Source of the DNA: Squalus acanthias
Taxonomy: Eukaryota
Length of the DNA stretch: 64,000 nt
Direction of reading: 5' to 3'
Assembly (NCBI GenBank): GCA_030390025.1
Contig: CM059432.1
Coordinates: 54,438,001-54,502,000, forward strand
Part shown: piece after piece, positions 33,992 to 47,200 of the stretch
Layout of the letters: each line of letters starts with the position of its first letter
How positions within the stretch are numbered: position 1 is the first letter of the stretch
The notes under the pieces: model-generated
Seen by the model: only the letters and a program-made list of their open reading frames with translations
What the model was told of the DNA's origin: nothing
The model's database searches: none
Translations under genes and position numbers: made by a program

Positions 33992-36900
33992 TGAGGTTGC
34001 GGGTTTGGGAAGTGCTATCGAAGAAGCCTTGGCGAATTACTGCAGTGCATCTTGCAGATGGTACATTGCAGCCACAGTGCACCAGTGGTGAATGGAGTGA
34101 ATGTTTAAGGTGGTGGATGAGGTGCCAATCAAGTGGGCTGCTTTGCCGTGGATGGTGTTGAGCTTCTTGAGTGTTGTTGGAGCTGCACTCATCCTGGCAA
34201 GTGGAGAGTATTCCATTACGCTCCTGACATATGCATTGTAGATGGTGGAAAGGCTTTGAGGAGTCAGGAGGTGAGACACTTGTCGCAGAATACACAGCTT
34301 CTGACCTCCTCTTGTAGCCACATTATTTATATGGCTGGTCCAGTTAAGTTTCTGGTCAATGGTGACACCTAGGATGTTGATGGTGGAGGATTTGGCAAAG
34401 GTAATCCCATTGAATATCAAGGAGAGGTGGCTAGACTCTCTCTTGTTGGAGATACTCATTGCCTGGTACTTGTGTGACACAAATGTTACTTGCCACTTAT
34501 TAGCCCAAGCTTGAAAGTTCTGCAGGTCTTGCTGCATGCGGGCACAGACTGCTTCATTATCTGAGGAGTTGTGAATTGAACTGAACACTGTGCAATCAAA
34601 AGCGAATATCCTCACTTCTGACCTTATGATGGAGGGAAGGTCATTGATGAAGCAGCTGAAGATGGTTGGGCATAGGACACTGCTTGAGGAACTCCTGCAG
34701 CAATGTCCTGGGGCTGTGATGATTGACCTTCAACCACCACAACCATCTTCCTTTGTGCTAGGTATGACTCCAGCCAGTGGAGACTTTTCCCCCTGATTCC
34801 CATTGACTTCAATTTTACTAGGACTCCTTGATGCCACACTCAGTCAAATGTTGCCTTGATGTCAAGGACAGTCACTCTGGCCTCACGCCTGGAATTCAGC
34901 TCTTTTGTCTATGTTTGGACTAAGGCTGTGATGAGGTCTGGAGCCAAGTGGTCCTGGCAGAACCCAAACGGAGCATTGCTGAGCAGGTTATTGGTGAATA
35001 AGTGCCACTTGATAGCACTGTCGACGACACCTTCCATCACTTTGCTGATGATTGAGAGTAGACTGATGGGGCAGTAATTGGCTGGATTGGATTTGTCCTT
35101 CTTTTTGTAGACAGGACATACCTGGGCAATTTTACACATTGTCAGATAGATGCCAATGTTGTAGCTGTACTGGAACAGCTTGGCTAGAGGTGCGGCTAGT
35201 TCTGGAGCACATGTCTTCAGCACGATAGCTGGGATGTTTTCGGGGCCCATAGCCTTTGCTGTATCCAGTGTGCTCAGCCGTTTCTTGATATCACGTGGAG
35301 TGAATCAAATTGGCTGAAGTCTGGCTTCTGTGATGGTGGGGACCTCAGGAGGAGGAGGAGGAGGAGGAGGAGGAGGCCAAGATGGATCATCCACTCGGCA
35401 CTTCTGGCTGAAGATGGTTGCAAACGCTTCAGCCTTGTCTTTTGCACTCAGGTGCTGGGTTCCGTCATCATTGAGGATGGGGATCTTCATGGAGCCTCCT
35501 CCTCCCATCAGTTGTTTAATTGTCCACCACCATTTATGAATGGATGTGGCAGAAATGCAGAGCTTTGATCTGATCCATTGGTTGAGGGATGATTTCGATC
35601 TATTTATAGTATGCTGCTCTGTTGTTTATCTATAGTAGTTCTGTGTTGTAGCTTCACCAGGTTGGCACCTCATTTTTAGGTACACCTGGTGCTGCTCCCT
35701 TCTACACTCCTCATTGAACCAGGGTTGGTCCACGGGCTTGTTGGTAATGGTAGCATGAAGGATATGCTGGGCCATGCATTTACAGATTGTGGTGGAATAC
35801 AATTCTGCTGCTACTGATGGCCCACAACGCATCATGGGTGCCCAGTTCTGAGCTGCTAAATCTGTTCTGAATCTATACCATTGAGCACAGTGGTAGTGCC
35901 ACACAGCACGATAGAGGGTGTCTTCAGGACTTAGTCGCCATAAGGACTGTGCGGTGGTCACTACTACCAATAATGTCATGGGCAGATGCATCTGCAACAG
36001 GTAGATTGGTGAGGACAAGGTCAAGTAGGTTTTTACGTCATTTTGGTTCTCTCATCACCTGTCGCAGGCCCAGACTGGCAGCCATGTCCTTCAGGACGCG
36101 GCCAGCTCACTCAATACTGGTGCTACCAAGCCACTCTTGGTGATGGACATTGATGTCCCCCACCCAGAGTAGATTATGTGCCCTTGCTACCCTCAGTGCG
36201 TCCTCCAAGTGGTGTTCAACATGGAGAAGTGCTGATTCATCAGCTGAAGATGAGCGGTAGGTGGTAATCAGCAGGAGGTTTCCTTGCCCATATTTGATCT
36301 GATACCAGGAGATTTCATGGGGTCCGAAGTGAATGTTGAGGACTCTCAGGGCCATTCCCACCTGACTGTATACAACTGTGCCACCACCGGTGGGACAGGA
36401 CATACCAGGGATGGTGATGGATGAATCTAGGGCATTGGCTAAAATTTATGATTATGTGAGTATGTCTATGTCAGGCTGTTGCTTGACTAGTCTGTGGGAC
36501 AGCTCTCCCAATTTTGGCACAAGACCCCAAATGTTAATGAGGAGGACTTTGCAGGGTCAACTGGGCTGGGTGTGCCTTTGTTGTGTCTGAATCAGGTGTC
36601 TCGATCAATGCCGGGTGATCTGTCCAGTTTTATACTTATTACTGTTTTTCATAGCAGTTTATTACAACTCATTGGCTTGTTAGGCCATTTCAGAAGGCAG
36701 TTAAGAGTCAACCACATTGCTCTGGGTCTGCAGTCAAATGTAGGCCAGACCGGGTAAGGGTGACAGCTTTCCTTCCCAACAGGATATTAATGAACCAGTT
36801 GGGTTTTTACAGCAATCGGGTAGTTTCATGGTCACCATTACTGATACTAGCTTTTTATTCCAGATTTATTTAATTAAATGAATTTAAATTTCACAGCTGC

Positions 36901-38512
36901 CGTAGTAAGATTTGAACTCATGTCTCTGGATTACTAGTCATAAGAATATAAGAACATAAGAAATAGGAGCAGGAGTAGGCCATTCGGCCCTTCGAGCCTG
37001 CTCCGCCATTCAATGAGATCATGGCTGATCTTCTGCCTCAACTCCATTCACCGGCCCTATCGCCATATCCCTTGATGCCCTTACTAGTCAGAAATCTATC
37101 GACTTCTGTTTTGAATATACCCAATGACTGAGCCTCCACAGCCCTCTGGGGTAGAGAATTCCAAAGATTCACCACCCTCTGTGTGAAGAAATTTCTTCTC
37201 ATCTCAGTCCTGAATGGCCTACCCTTTATCTTGAGGCTGTGGCCCCTGGTTCTAGTCTCCCCAGCTAAGGGAAACATTTTCCCAGCATCCATCCTATCAA
37301 GCCCTGTAATAATTTTATATGCTTCAATGAGATCCCCTCTCATTCTTCTGAATTCAAGAGAATACAGGCCTAGTTTACTCAATCTCTTCTCATACGACAG
37401 TCCCGCCATCCCAGGAATCAATCTTGTGAACCTTCTTTGCACTCCCTCTATGGCAAGTATATCCTTCCTTAGGTAAGGAGACCAAAATTGTACACAGTAC
37501 TCCAGGTGTGGTCTCACCAAGGCCCTATATAATTGGAGTAAGACTTCTTTACTCCTGTACTCAAATCCTCTTGTAATGAAGGCCAGCATACCATTTGCCT
37601 TCCTAATGGCTTGCTGCACCTGCACATTCACTTTCAGTGACTCATGTACAAAGACACCCAGGTTCCTTTGAGCATCTGCATTCCCCAATCTTTCACCATT
37701 TAGGAAATACTCTGCCTTTCTGTATTTTCTACCAAAGTGGATAACTTTACATTTATCCACATTATATTCCATCTGCCATGTTCTCGCCCACTCACTGAGC
37801 CTGTCGAGATCCCCTTGAAGCCTCTTCGCAACTGACACTGCCACCTAGCTTTGTATCATCAGCAAATTTGGAAATGTTACATTTAGTCCCCTCATCCAAA
37901 TCATTGATATAGATTGTGAATAGCTGGGGCCCAAGCACCGATCCTTGCGGTAACCCACTAGTCACAGCCTGCCATCCTGGAAAAGACCCGTTTATCCCTA
38001 CTCTTTGTTTTCTGTCTGTTAACCAATTCTCAATCTATGCTATTACCCCCAATTCCATGTGCCCTAATTTTGTTCACCAACCTCTTGTGTGGGACCTTAT
38101 CGAAGGCCTTCTGAAAATCCAGATACGCCACATCTACCGGTTCCCCTTTGTCTACTCCACTAGTTACATCCTCAAAGAACTCCGATAGGTTTGTCAAACA
38201 GGATTTCCCTTTCATAAATCCATGTTGACTCTGCCTAATCTTACTATTAATTTCTAAGTGCCCAGTTATTGCATCCTTTATAATAGATTCCAGCATTTTC
38301 CCAACTACTGATGTGAGGCTAACAGGTCTGTAGTTCCCCATCTTCTCTCTCCCTCCTTTCTTAAATAGCGAGGTTACATTTGCTATCCTCCAATCTGCAG
38401 GAACCGTTCCAGAATCTATAGAATTTTGGAAGATGACAACCAATGCGTCCACTATTCCAATGGCCACCTCTTTCAAAAGGTTGCCATTGGATTACTAGTC
38501 CAGTAACATAAC
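33992..38512 (-). mobile_element. CR1 family B LINE with tRNA/Meta-like head (36670-36938 + 38489-38512), APE and RT; 3' end lost; head split by CR1 family A
   Basis: Colinear reverse complement of 44228-47200; GDINVHHQEWL, NYCPISLLS; (GGA)n expansion at 35348-35376. Confidence 0.92.
36940..38478 (-). mobile_element. 5'-truncated CR1 family A LINE
   Basis: ORFs 38030-38476 and 37038-37844 with RT motifs; (TTCTTAT)n tail. Confidence 0.95.
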
Positions 38513-38605
38513 AAAGTCTGAGCTTTAATAGTTTAAAATAGTAATAAAAGTTTTAATAAAAATTCAATCCAGCAAAAATGTGATCAAAATTTAAAAAAAG
38601 ACTTT

Positions 38606-39338
38606 GGGCTGGAAATTGGCCTCCTTAGCGCCTCCCGTTATCGCCTCTGGGGGGGCGATAACAGGGCACGAACGACTTACTGCCTGGGCGCGGTGAGATG
38701 AACAACTCCCGCTAACTTGGCTGGGAGGTTTGTGGCAGCAGTACCACTTTGCGCAACGATCTCCTGCACCCGGAAATCGTGACCCCGGTAGCGCCCCAGA
38801 CCCGAACCTCGTTTCCACCCCTTGCTGCATCGCCGGGTGAAAATACCGACAGCTGCAGGAGGCATTTTTCGGGAGGCCGGGAGCTTCAGGGGCAGAAGTT
38901 AAAGGGGAGGTTGCCGAGGTAAGTAGGAAAATTTCTAATGCTTTATTCCAATTGTTTTCAATTCTCCTGCGCCGTGATCAATCAGCTCAGCACTCTGCTG
39001 AAGTGCTTGGGGCTGATCGGGCCAGATCACGGCTGCCATTGGGGACCAGCTAACCGGTCCCAATGCAGAGCCTGCAGCGATGGCCCTTCCTTTTAAGGGA
39101 GGGAAGGAGCCTCAGATCGCGGCAGCACTGCACAGGACATTGCGCAGCGCTGCACCACTACTGCCCCGCCTGTGTCCTTTAGCGCTCCAGAAATGAAGTG
39201 GAGCGCTTGATTTAGCGCTCCACTGCCTTCCTGGAGCGCTAACACCGAATTTAGAAAAAGCTGGGAATCATTGGTGCCTGGCGCTAAGTTTCCCAGCTTT
39301 CAAAGGGTACCGCCCCCAACGGTACCGAATTTCTCCCC
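38606..39338. mobile_element. CpG-rich Harbinger-type MITE related to 62065-62725
   Basis: TIRs GGGCTGGAAATTGG / CCGAATTTCTCCCC; shared GCGCCTCC(C/T)GTTA..GGGGGCG(A/C)TAAC motif; TSD ambiguous. Confidence 0.75.
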
Positions 39339-39341
39339 CCA

Positions 39342-40749
39342 GGGGGGCGATTTTCCCACTGGAGGCGAGATGGAGGCGGGTTTCCATTTGGATGTGTTTG
39401 AAACTTGCCTCCACTGATAGGTTTCAAAAATTTGTGATTTTCCCATGGTTGGCCACTTGATTTCAGAGGTGTAGGATGCCCTTGGTCAATTAGTGTTTTG
39501 GGACTGAAACTCGCCTCTGTTGACAGCACTTTTCCAGCCTGATTTTATGGCTTCTTGCTCCCTTGGCTCATTCCACAGCATTTCTGCATCTCCGGCACCA
39601 ACTCCAACATCTTTTGAGAAACCATTATGTCCAATTCCAAGGCAAGGGCCTACCCGAAGCTCTCGGATGAGGCACTGCAAATATTGTTTGAGGGGGTGAC
39701 AGCTAGCATGGAGGTGCTCTTCCACTCATCTCAGAGGAAGAGGCCTGCCAAAGAAACCAAGGCTGTGTGGGTACAGCTGGCAAGGGATATAACCTCCAGA
39801 TCTGTGTGCAGGTTGGGAGACTGTTTCTGTGTATTGATGAAATGCCATCCCTGTTGGAAAGCATTAAAATGATTTGAAGTCAAAATGTTGGCATTATGCC
39901 ATCTGTGCTTTCGCCTTAGGCAGCGCCACATTGCGGCATCCGCCACACTTGCATTGTCAGGTTGGTGGCCTGAGTGAAAGGAGGCCAGAGAGTCATGTCC
40001 ATTGTCAATGATGTCCTTGGATGGAGCCAAGGACATGTGCCAACTTGGGCAACCTATGCAAATCTGGCCATGATAAGTTCATCCCTTGCATCCCGGGCAG
40101 CCATGTGCTCAAGTGCTGCTGCTGCCACGGGTCAATATACCAGCGCTCTGACCTCCTCCTCCTCCTCCAGATTCTCCTCCTCCTCATCCTCATCTGAGGT
40201 CCATGCAGAAAGAAAACAAATGGTTCCCATGCTGCTTGTAGATGCCTTCTTTGGGAAAGTGCTCATTGCAAGCAGGGAGAGGCTCTTCCAAGGAGGTCCC
40301 ACAGTTGATGGAGTCAAGCTGCAGCACCTCCGACTTCGGAAGGCCTTCTAAAAGTGCTCAGAGACCTTTTAGAGCCAAGGTTTGGCACCTGCAAGTAATC
40401 CTTGCTGCAATAAATTATGTCTTGTTAGACCTGCAGCAGTGAGGAGGCCACCCACGAGTCAACCCACCAGGTTTACCTGGCGTGGTTCAGGAGGTGTGTG
40501 GATCACACCGAAAAAGCTGAAAAAGTCACGAGGGCCTCTCAAAATAGGCTTAGAGAGGCCCTTAATGAGCATCTAATAGCGCAATGACCAGCTGGAGGCG
40601 CGAGCGTTTCCCGACCTCCAAAACCGGCACCGGCAAAATCCCGCGGAGGCGGGTTGGGGGCGGATTCCAAACCCGACCTCTTCGATTCTGATTTTCCCGC
40701 CTTTCCCGCCTCCAAACCCACCTCCTCCGATGTCAAAAAATCCCCCCCC
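39342..40749. mobile_element. Internally deleted Harbinger: Myb exon-1 remnant (+, 39627-39810) and core-deleted transposase (-, ~40060-40235)
   Basis: TIRs GGGGCGATTTT / AAAATCCCCCC; ARAYPKLSDEALQILFEGV..KRPAKETKAVWVQLA; acidic tract + AARDARDELIMARFA. Confidence 0.8.
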
Positions 40750-40754
40750 TGGTC

Positions 40755-41752
40755 TCTGGAAATCCATTATAGTAGGCACTAAAAATGCTCTTGATAAATG
40801 TTCACCATGACAGAAGTCTGAGCTTCCACTGCAGCACTCAGACGTTGGGTCGCTTCCGCTTGTGCTATAATGGAAGCTGAGACATTGCCCATCACACCCA
40901 GCATCATGGATAGGTCCACAAGTGCTCCTCCATGCTCTTTGACATTGACAACAGCCTTTCTGGCAGGTCTGCCAATGCATCAAGCATTTTTGTGTTCATG
41001 CCCATCACCCTTCTTCTGAAGGCCACCCCATCGAGGTCATTATCTGACTCCTCTGCAGCAGAACTCATGTGCCACCTCGCCCTCGAGGGAGCTGGCACCT
41101 GTGCTACCTTTTGCCCCTCTACCACTCTCCTCCTCTTATTCCTGCACAGGTTGGGCTGGTTGGGGTTCTTGGGTATCTGAAAGGAGAAAGGCACAGGGTA
41201 GGTTGTAGTGAGGGGAGGGGGGAAAGCAAGATACGCATGCATACACCATCAGCAGCTTTTAAGTGAGAAGAGATTGTGGGATGTGAGGGAAGTGGGACGT
41301 GAGAAGGAGGATTACGTATGAGCATACTGTCATCTTCAATGCTTTCAGCCTCGCTGATTGCCACAGCCTCAGTGACGGCCCCTCCACTGATATCCAGCAC
41401 TGTTTTCTCCAGCTGGGTCAAGTTCTGCAGTTGTGCCTGCCCCCCGCCTGTTAGCTGCTGATGGCGCCGGTTATGTACACGTTGGCCTGCGAGAGAAAGG
41501 GAAGTATGTCAGTGAGTGTGGTGCACTTAGCATGTCTCCACAGGCAGCTCGAACATTTTATAAATATCGATGTCCGGCCGCTTGCCTCACCAGGAGCTTG
41601 AAAGTAAGTCCTGGAGAACATGAGGAGGCCAATCCCGGCGTGGCAGCAGCTTTCAGGAAATGAAATGGAAAGGAATATCGGATGGGGTGCATAACAAGTG
41701 GCCGATCCCACACCGGCAGTTTTCCACCCCCGCTGAAATTGAAAGTAATTCC
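40755..41752 (-). pseudogene. Remnant of another Harbinger Myb-gene (exons 2-3)
   Basis: HNRRHQQLTGGG..LTQLEKTVLDI, then GT-AG intron, then AFRRRVMG..LADLPERL..MEE, paralleling exons 2-3 at 25081 and 23050. Confidence 0.7.
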
Positions 41753-41925
41753 CAGTATCTCATCTACCCCTTTAGCACCCAGCAGCCTTTGGTCTGAATA
41801 CTGGCATTAGTAACTTCAGCCCTTTGCTATACCCCCCATTTTCTCACAGCAGAGACTGCCGTAGTATGAAGAGTAACTGCCTGTACTTTTGAGAGGGTCT
41901 GCCAGTGTCGGGGTTGGTGGCTTTG

Positions 41926-43199
41926 TGAAGGAATACGCCATATTCAGAAAAATACACCATCCTATGAAAGAATTTTGACTTTATTAAAACATGACAAACT
42001 GGGCTTGAAAATCTGGAAGCCTCAACAATCTAAAGCTGTGAACAGCATACAGGCTGTTGAGATAAGATAAGTTGTTGACACTGAATCAATAGCCTTAATG
42101 AAACAAAAGGTTAAAGGTTCCTGGAAGTCTGAAGCCTTGGAAAGAACATAATGGTATACTCAGTTAAGGTGTCTTAAACCAACATTTTGAAATTAAACAC
42201 AGAAAATTAAAGAAACATATGCCTTCGTAAAAATGACATCAAATGAAATATGGAGACACGATTATGTGTTGCAACCAACTGAGGTAACTAAGAAGACAAT
42301 GGTGCAACCGGTTGAGGTGTTCTAAATGCAAAAGATACAAACAGAAGACCTTGGTAATAATGGCATCAAGTGGGGGAGGCACCACCTGTCACATTGTTTT
42401 TGTGTTGAACTTGAAACACCTAAAGGAGAGACACGAGTCTGAATGCTACCAGCTGAACTAACTGTAAGAATAGAAGGGGTCAGCAGAAAAATGACTCGAG
42501 ATAATTAGCTTACATCAGCAGAAAACTTCAAAGGAAATACCACTGAGAAAGGGTATAAAAATTGAACTTTCAAATGGGAAGACAGATTCGCTTGAAGGGG
42601 CAAAGCGATTCTCAGGCTTCAGAGGCAAGCTCTGTAAGTCTTCAACTCTTTGTATCTCGGGGATCAAGGTACTTGTATTTGATTTTGGTGGGATATCCTG
42701 GAATAAGACTAAGAAATGTAAAAATGTAACAAAGTTAAGATTTGAGAATAAGGATCTCTGATAATAGAATTGTAAAAACTTACTTGTTTTTGGAATTGTT
42801 AAAGTTGCGATTGAAACACCAACTGTAAATTACATGTCGGTTCTTTAATAAATCTATATATTTTTAGAATTGTCTCACATAGTACTTCTGTATCAAACTC
42901 GCAAACTCAATCTCTGTACGCTCTTTGGTGAGGAGTTGCAGAGTTCAGGGGGAGTTTTCCGGACCCTCATAATATCCAGAACAATACAGTCTAGCTAAAC
43001 TTATTAAAAGTGCTATCTGGAGAACGGTAACATCTTCAGGCTGTTCCTTTCCTTTAGGGAGAGATAGTCTGGACCTTTAGACCCAATTAAGCGTCTTTAA
43101 TATTCGGCTACCTCTAACTTTAGTTGAAGGTGAACGTCTGGGGAATACGCCTGATCCGGGGTAGCAAAAACGGGGCTAGGACTAGTAATTATCCCTTCA
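41926..43199 (+). mobile_element. Solo LTR-like element (~1.27 kb)
   Basis: Inverted termini TGAAGGAATA / TATCCCTTCA, TATAAAA at ~42554, AATAAA at ~42847; TSD not clean. Confidence 0.65.
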
Positions 43200-43454
43200 G
43201 CGTGATGTGTGGCGCAAAGACTCTTCATATTGCATTGTAGCTATTTCAGAGATGATCAACAGCATCCAAATCAATTTATGCATATTTTTGGATGTGCAAC
43301 AGTACAAATTAGCTCTCTGATTATCTTTTCATATCAACTAATTGGTTCATATTCAATAGTTTGCAGGTCATTTAACACAGTAACTCCCTCCTTGCAATCG
43401 GCACATGTTAGTTCTTTTCCCATCTCATCGTCCCTTTTTCTCTTTTTTCCAAAA

Positions 43455-43828
43455 TAAAAGAAAAAAGACTTGCACTTATATAGCGCCTTTCACAACCATC
43501 GGACGTCCCAAAGCATTTTACAGCCAATGAAGTACTTTTTGAAGTGTAGTCACAGTTGTAATGTAGAAAACGCGGCAGCCAATTTGTGCACAGCAAGCTC
43601 CCACAGACAGCAATGTGATAATGACCAGATAATCTGATTTTGTTATATTGATTGAGGGATAACTATCAGCCAGGACACCGGGGATAATTCCCCAGCTCTT
43701 CTTCAAAATAGTGCCATGGGATCTTTTACGTCCACCTGAGAGATGACAGGGCCTCGGTTTAACGTCTCATCCGAAAGACGGCACCTCCGACAGTGCAGCA
43801 CTCCCTTGATTTTTGTGCTCAAGTCTAG
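43455..43828 (-). mobile_element. DeuSINE (SacSINE1/AmnSINE-like), head truncated, L2-type tail
   Basis: Minus strand AGTGCTGCACTGTCGGAGGTGCCGTCTTTCGGATGAGACGTTAAACCGAGG (Deu domain, from memory); tail GAAAGGCGCTATATAAGTGCAAGTCTTT. Confidence 0.85.
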
Positions 43829-44227
43829 GCATTACTGAAATGCCGGCTTATCTTTCAGTTCGGATGAAGGGTATGCACCCAAACCAAAATAACCTGCCTT
43901 TTTTCTATGCAGAAGCTGATTACATTTTCAGAATTTTCTATTTTGATTTCTACATGTTTTTATTTTTATTTCTGTGTGTTCTTGTTTTTTGCCCTCCTGT
44001 ACCATTACTTCAAAATAGAATAATTGATTATGCCTTTATGTTTGGGATATATTAATGCTAAAATTTGTATGTATCCTCGTGCATTTTCTGGATGAGAAAA
44101 TAAAAATGCCCTTTGCAGGATCATCTTACGTTTCACAGCCATTTCACTGACAGAAGGTACACAGTGGGCAATAGTGAAATACCCTTTTAAGTCTACAAGT
44201 TGAATTTCCTGAAGGTCTCACTTCTAT

Positions 44228-47200
44228 GTGGTAATGTCACTGGGCTAGTAATGTCCAGAGGCCTGGACTAATAATCCAGAGACGTGAGTTCAAATCCCAC
44301 CATGGCAGCTGGGGAATTTAAATTCAGTTAATTAAATAAATCTGGAATGAAAAGCTAGTATTAGTAATGGTAACCATGAAACTATCGGATTGTCGTAAAA
44401 ACCCATCTGGTTCACTTTAGGGAAGGAAATCTGCTGTCTTTACCCGGTCTGGCCTATATGTGACTCCAGACCCACAGCAACGTGGTTGACTCTTAACTGC
44501 CCTCTGAAATGGCCTAGCAAGCCACTCACTTGTAAAAAAAACTGCGACAAAACACAATAATAAAAATGAAACTGGACGGACCACCTGGCATCGAACTCAG
44601 CACCGGCTACAGACACGGCAACGGTGCACCCAGCCCAGTCGACCCGGCAAAGTCCTCCTCACCAACATCTGGGGAATTGTGCCAAAATTGGGAGAGCTGT
44701 CCCACAGACTAGTCAAGCAACAACCTGACATAGTCATACTCACAGAATCATACCTTTCAGCCAATGTCCCAAACTTCTCCATCACCATCCCTGGGGATAT
44801 CCTGTTCCACCAGCAGGACAGACACAATGGTATACAGTCGGGAAGGAGTGGCCCTGGGAGTCCTCAACATTGACTCTGGACCCCATGAAGTCTCATGGCT
44901 TCAAGTCAAGCATGGTTAAGGAAACCTCCTGCTGATTACCACCTACCGCCCTCCCTCAGCTGATGAATCAGTACTCCTCCATGTTGAACACTACTTGGAA
45001 GAAGCACTGAGAGTAGCAAGGGCACAGAATGTACTCTGGGTAGGGGACTTCAATGTCCATCACCAAGAGTGGCTCGGTAGCACCACTAGTGACCGAGCTG
45101 GCTGAGTCCTGAAGGACCTAACTGCCAGTCTGGGCCTACAACAGGTGGTGAGAGAACCAACACGAGGGAAAAACCTACTTGACCTCGTCCTCACCAATCT
45201 ACTTGTCGCAATTGCATCTGTCCATGACAGCATTGGTAGCAGTGACCACCGCACAGTCATTGTGGAGACGAAGTCCCATCTTCACACTGAGGACACCCTC
45301 CATCGTGTTGTGTGGCACTACCATTGTGCTAAATGGGATAGATTCAGAACATATCTAGCAGCTCGAAACTGGGCATGCATGAGGCGCTATGGGCCATCAG
45401 CAGCAGCAGAATTGTATTCCACCACAATCTGTAACCTCATGGCCCGGCATATCCCTCACTCTACCATTACCATCAAGCCAGGGGACCAACACTGGTTCAA
45501 ATAAGGAGTGTAGAAGAGCATGCCAGGAGCAGCACCAGGCGTACCTAAAAATGCGGTGCCAACCTGGGGAAGCTGCAACACAGGACTACATGCATGCTAA
45601 AAAGCGGAAGCAGCAAGCTATAGACAGAGCTATGTGATCCCACAATCAACGGATCAGATCAAAGCTCTGCAGTCCTGCCACATCCAGTCATGAATGGTGG
45701 TGGACCATTAAACAACTAATGGGAGGAGGAAGCTCCATGAATATCCCCATCCTCAATGATGGTGGAGCTCAGCACATGAGTGCAAAAGACAAGGCTGAAG
45801 CGTTTGCAACCATCTTCAGCCAGAAGTGCCGAGTGGATGATCCATATCGGCCTCCTCCTGAGGTCCCCACCATCACAGAAGCCAGTCTTCAACCAATTCG
45901 ATTCACTCCACGTGATATAAAGAAATGGCTGAGCGCACTGGATACAGCAACGGCTATGGGTCCTGACAACATCCCGGCTATCGTGCTGAAGACTTGTGCT
46001 CCAGAACTAGCTGCGCCTCTAGCCAAGCTGCTCCAGTACAGCTACAACACTAGCCTCTATCCGACAATGTGGAAAACTGCCCAGGTATGTCCTGTCCACA
46101 AAAAGCAGGACAAATCCAATCGGCCAATTACCGCCCCATCAGCCTACTCTCAATCATCAGCAAAGTGATGGAAGGTGTCATCAACAGTCCTTTCAAGTGG
46201 CACGTACTCACCAATAACCTGCTCACTGATGCCCAGTTTGGGTTCCGCCAAGACCACTCGTCTCCCGACTTCATTACAGCCTTGGTCCAAACATGGACAA
46301 AGGAGCTGAATTCCAGAGGTGGTGAGAGTAACTGCATTTGACATTAAGGCAGCATTTGACCGAGTGTGGCATCAAGGAGTCCTAGTAAAACTGAAGTCAA
46401 TGGGAATCGGGGGGAAAACGCTCCACTAGCTGGAGTCATACCTAGCACAAAGGAAGATGGTTGTGGTGGTTGAAGGTCAATCATCACAGCCCCAGGACAT
46501 CACTGCAGGAGTTCCTCAGGGCAGTGTCCTAGGCCCAACCATCTTCAGCTGCTTCATCAATGACCTTCCCTCCAACATAAGGTCAGAAATGGGGATGTTC
46601 GCTGATGACTGCACAGTGTTCAGTGCCATTCACAACTCCTCAGATAATGAAGCAGTCCAAGCCCGCATGAAACAAGACCTGGACGACATTCAGGATGGGC
46701 TGATAAGTGGCAGGTAACATTCGCGCCACAGAAGTGCCAGGCAATGACTATCTCCAACAAGCGAGAATATAACCACCGCCCCTTGACATTCAACGTCATT
46801 ACCATCGCCGAATCCCCCATCATCAATATCCTGGGGGTCACCATTGACCAGAAACTTAACTGGACCAGCCACATAAATACTGTGGCAACAAGAGCAGGTC
46901 AGAGGCTAGGTATTCTGCAGCAAGTGTCTCACCTCCTGACTCCCCAAAGCCTTTCCACCATCTACAAGGCACAAGTAAAGAGTGTGATGGAATACTCTCC
47001 ACTTGCCTGGATGAGTGCAGCTCCAACAACACTCAAGAAGCTCGACACCATCCAGGACAAAGCAGCCCACTTGATTGGCACCCCATCCACCACCTTAAAC
47101 ATTCACCCCCTCCACCACCGGTGTACCGTGGCTGCAGTGTGTACCATCTACAAGATGCACTGCAGCAACTCGCCAAGGCTTCTTCGGCAGCACCTCCCAA

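Noticed and set aside
35340..35380. Poly-Pro/Gly ORFs
   Set aside because: (GGA)n slippage within a LINE
44560..44650. 2A-like ribosomal skipping peptide before the endonuclease
   Set aside because: No DxExNPGP motif in any plus-strand frame
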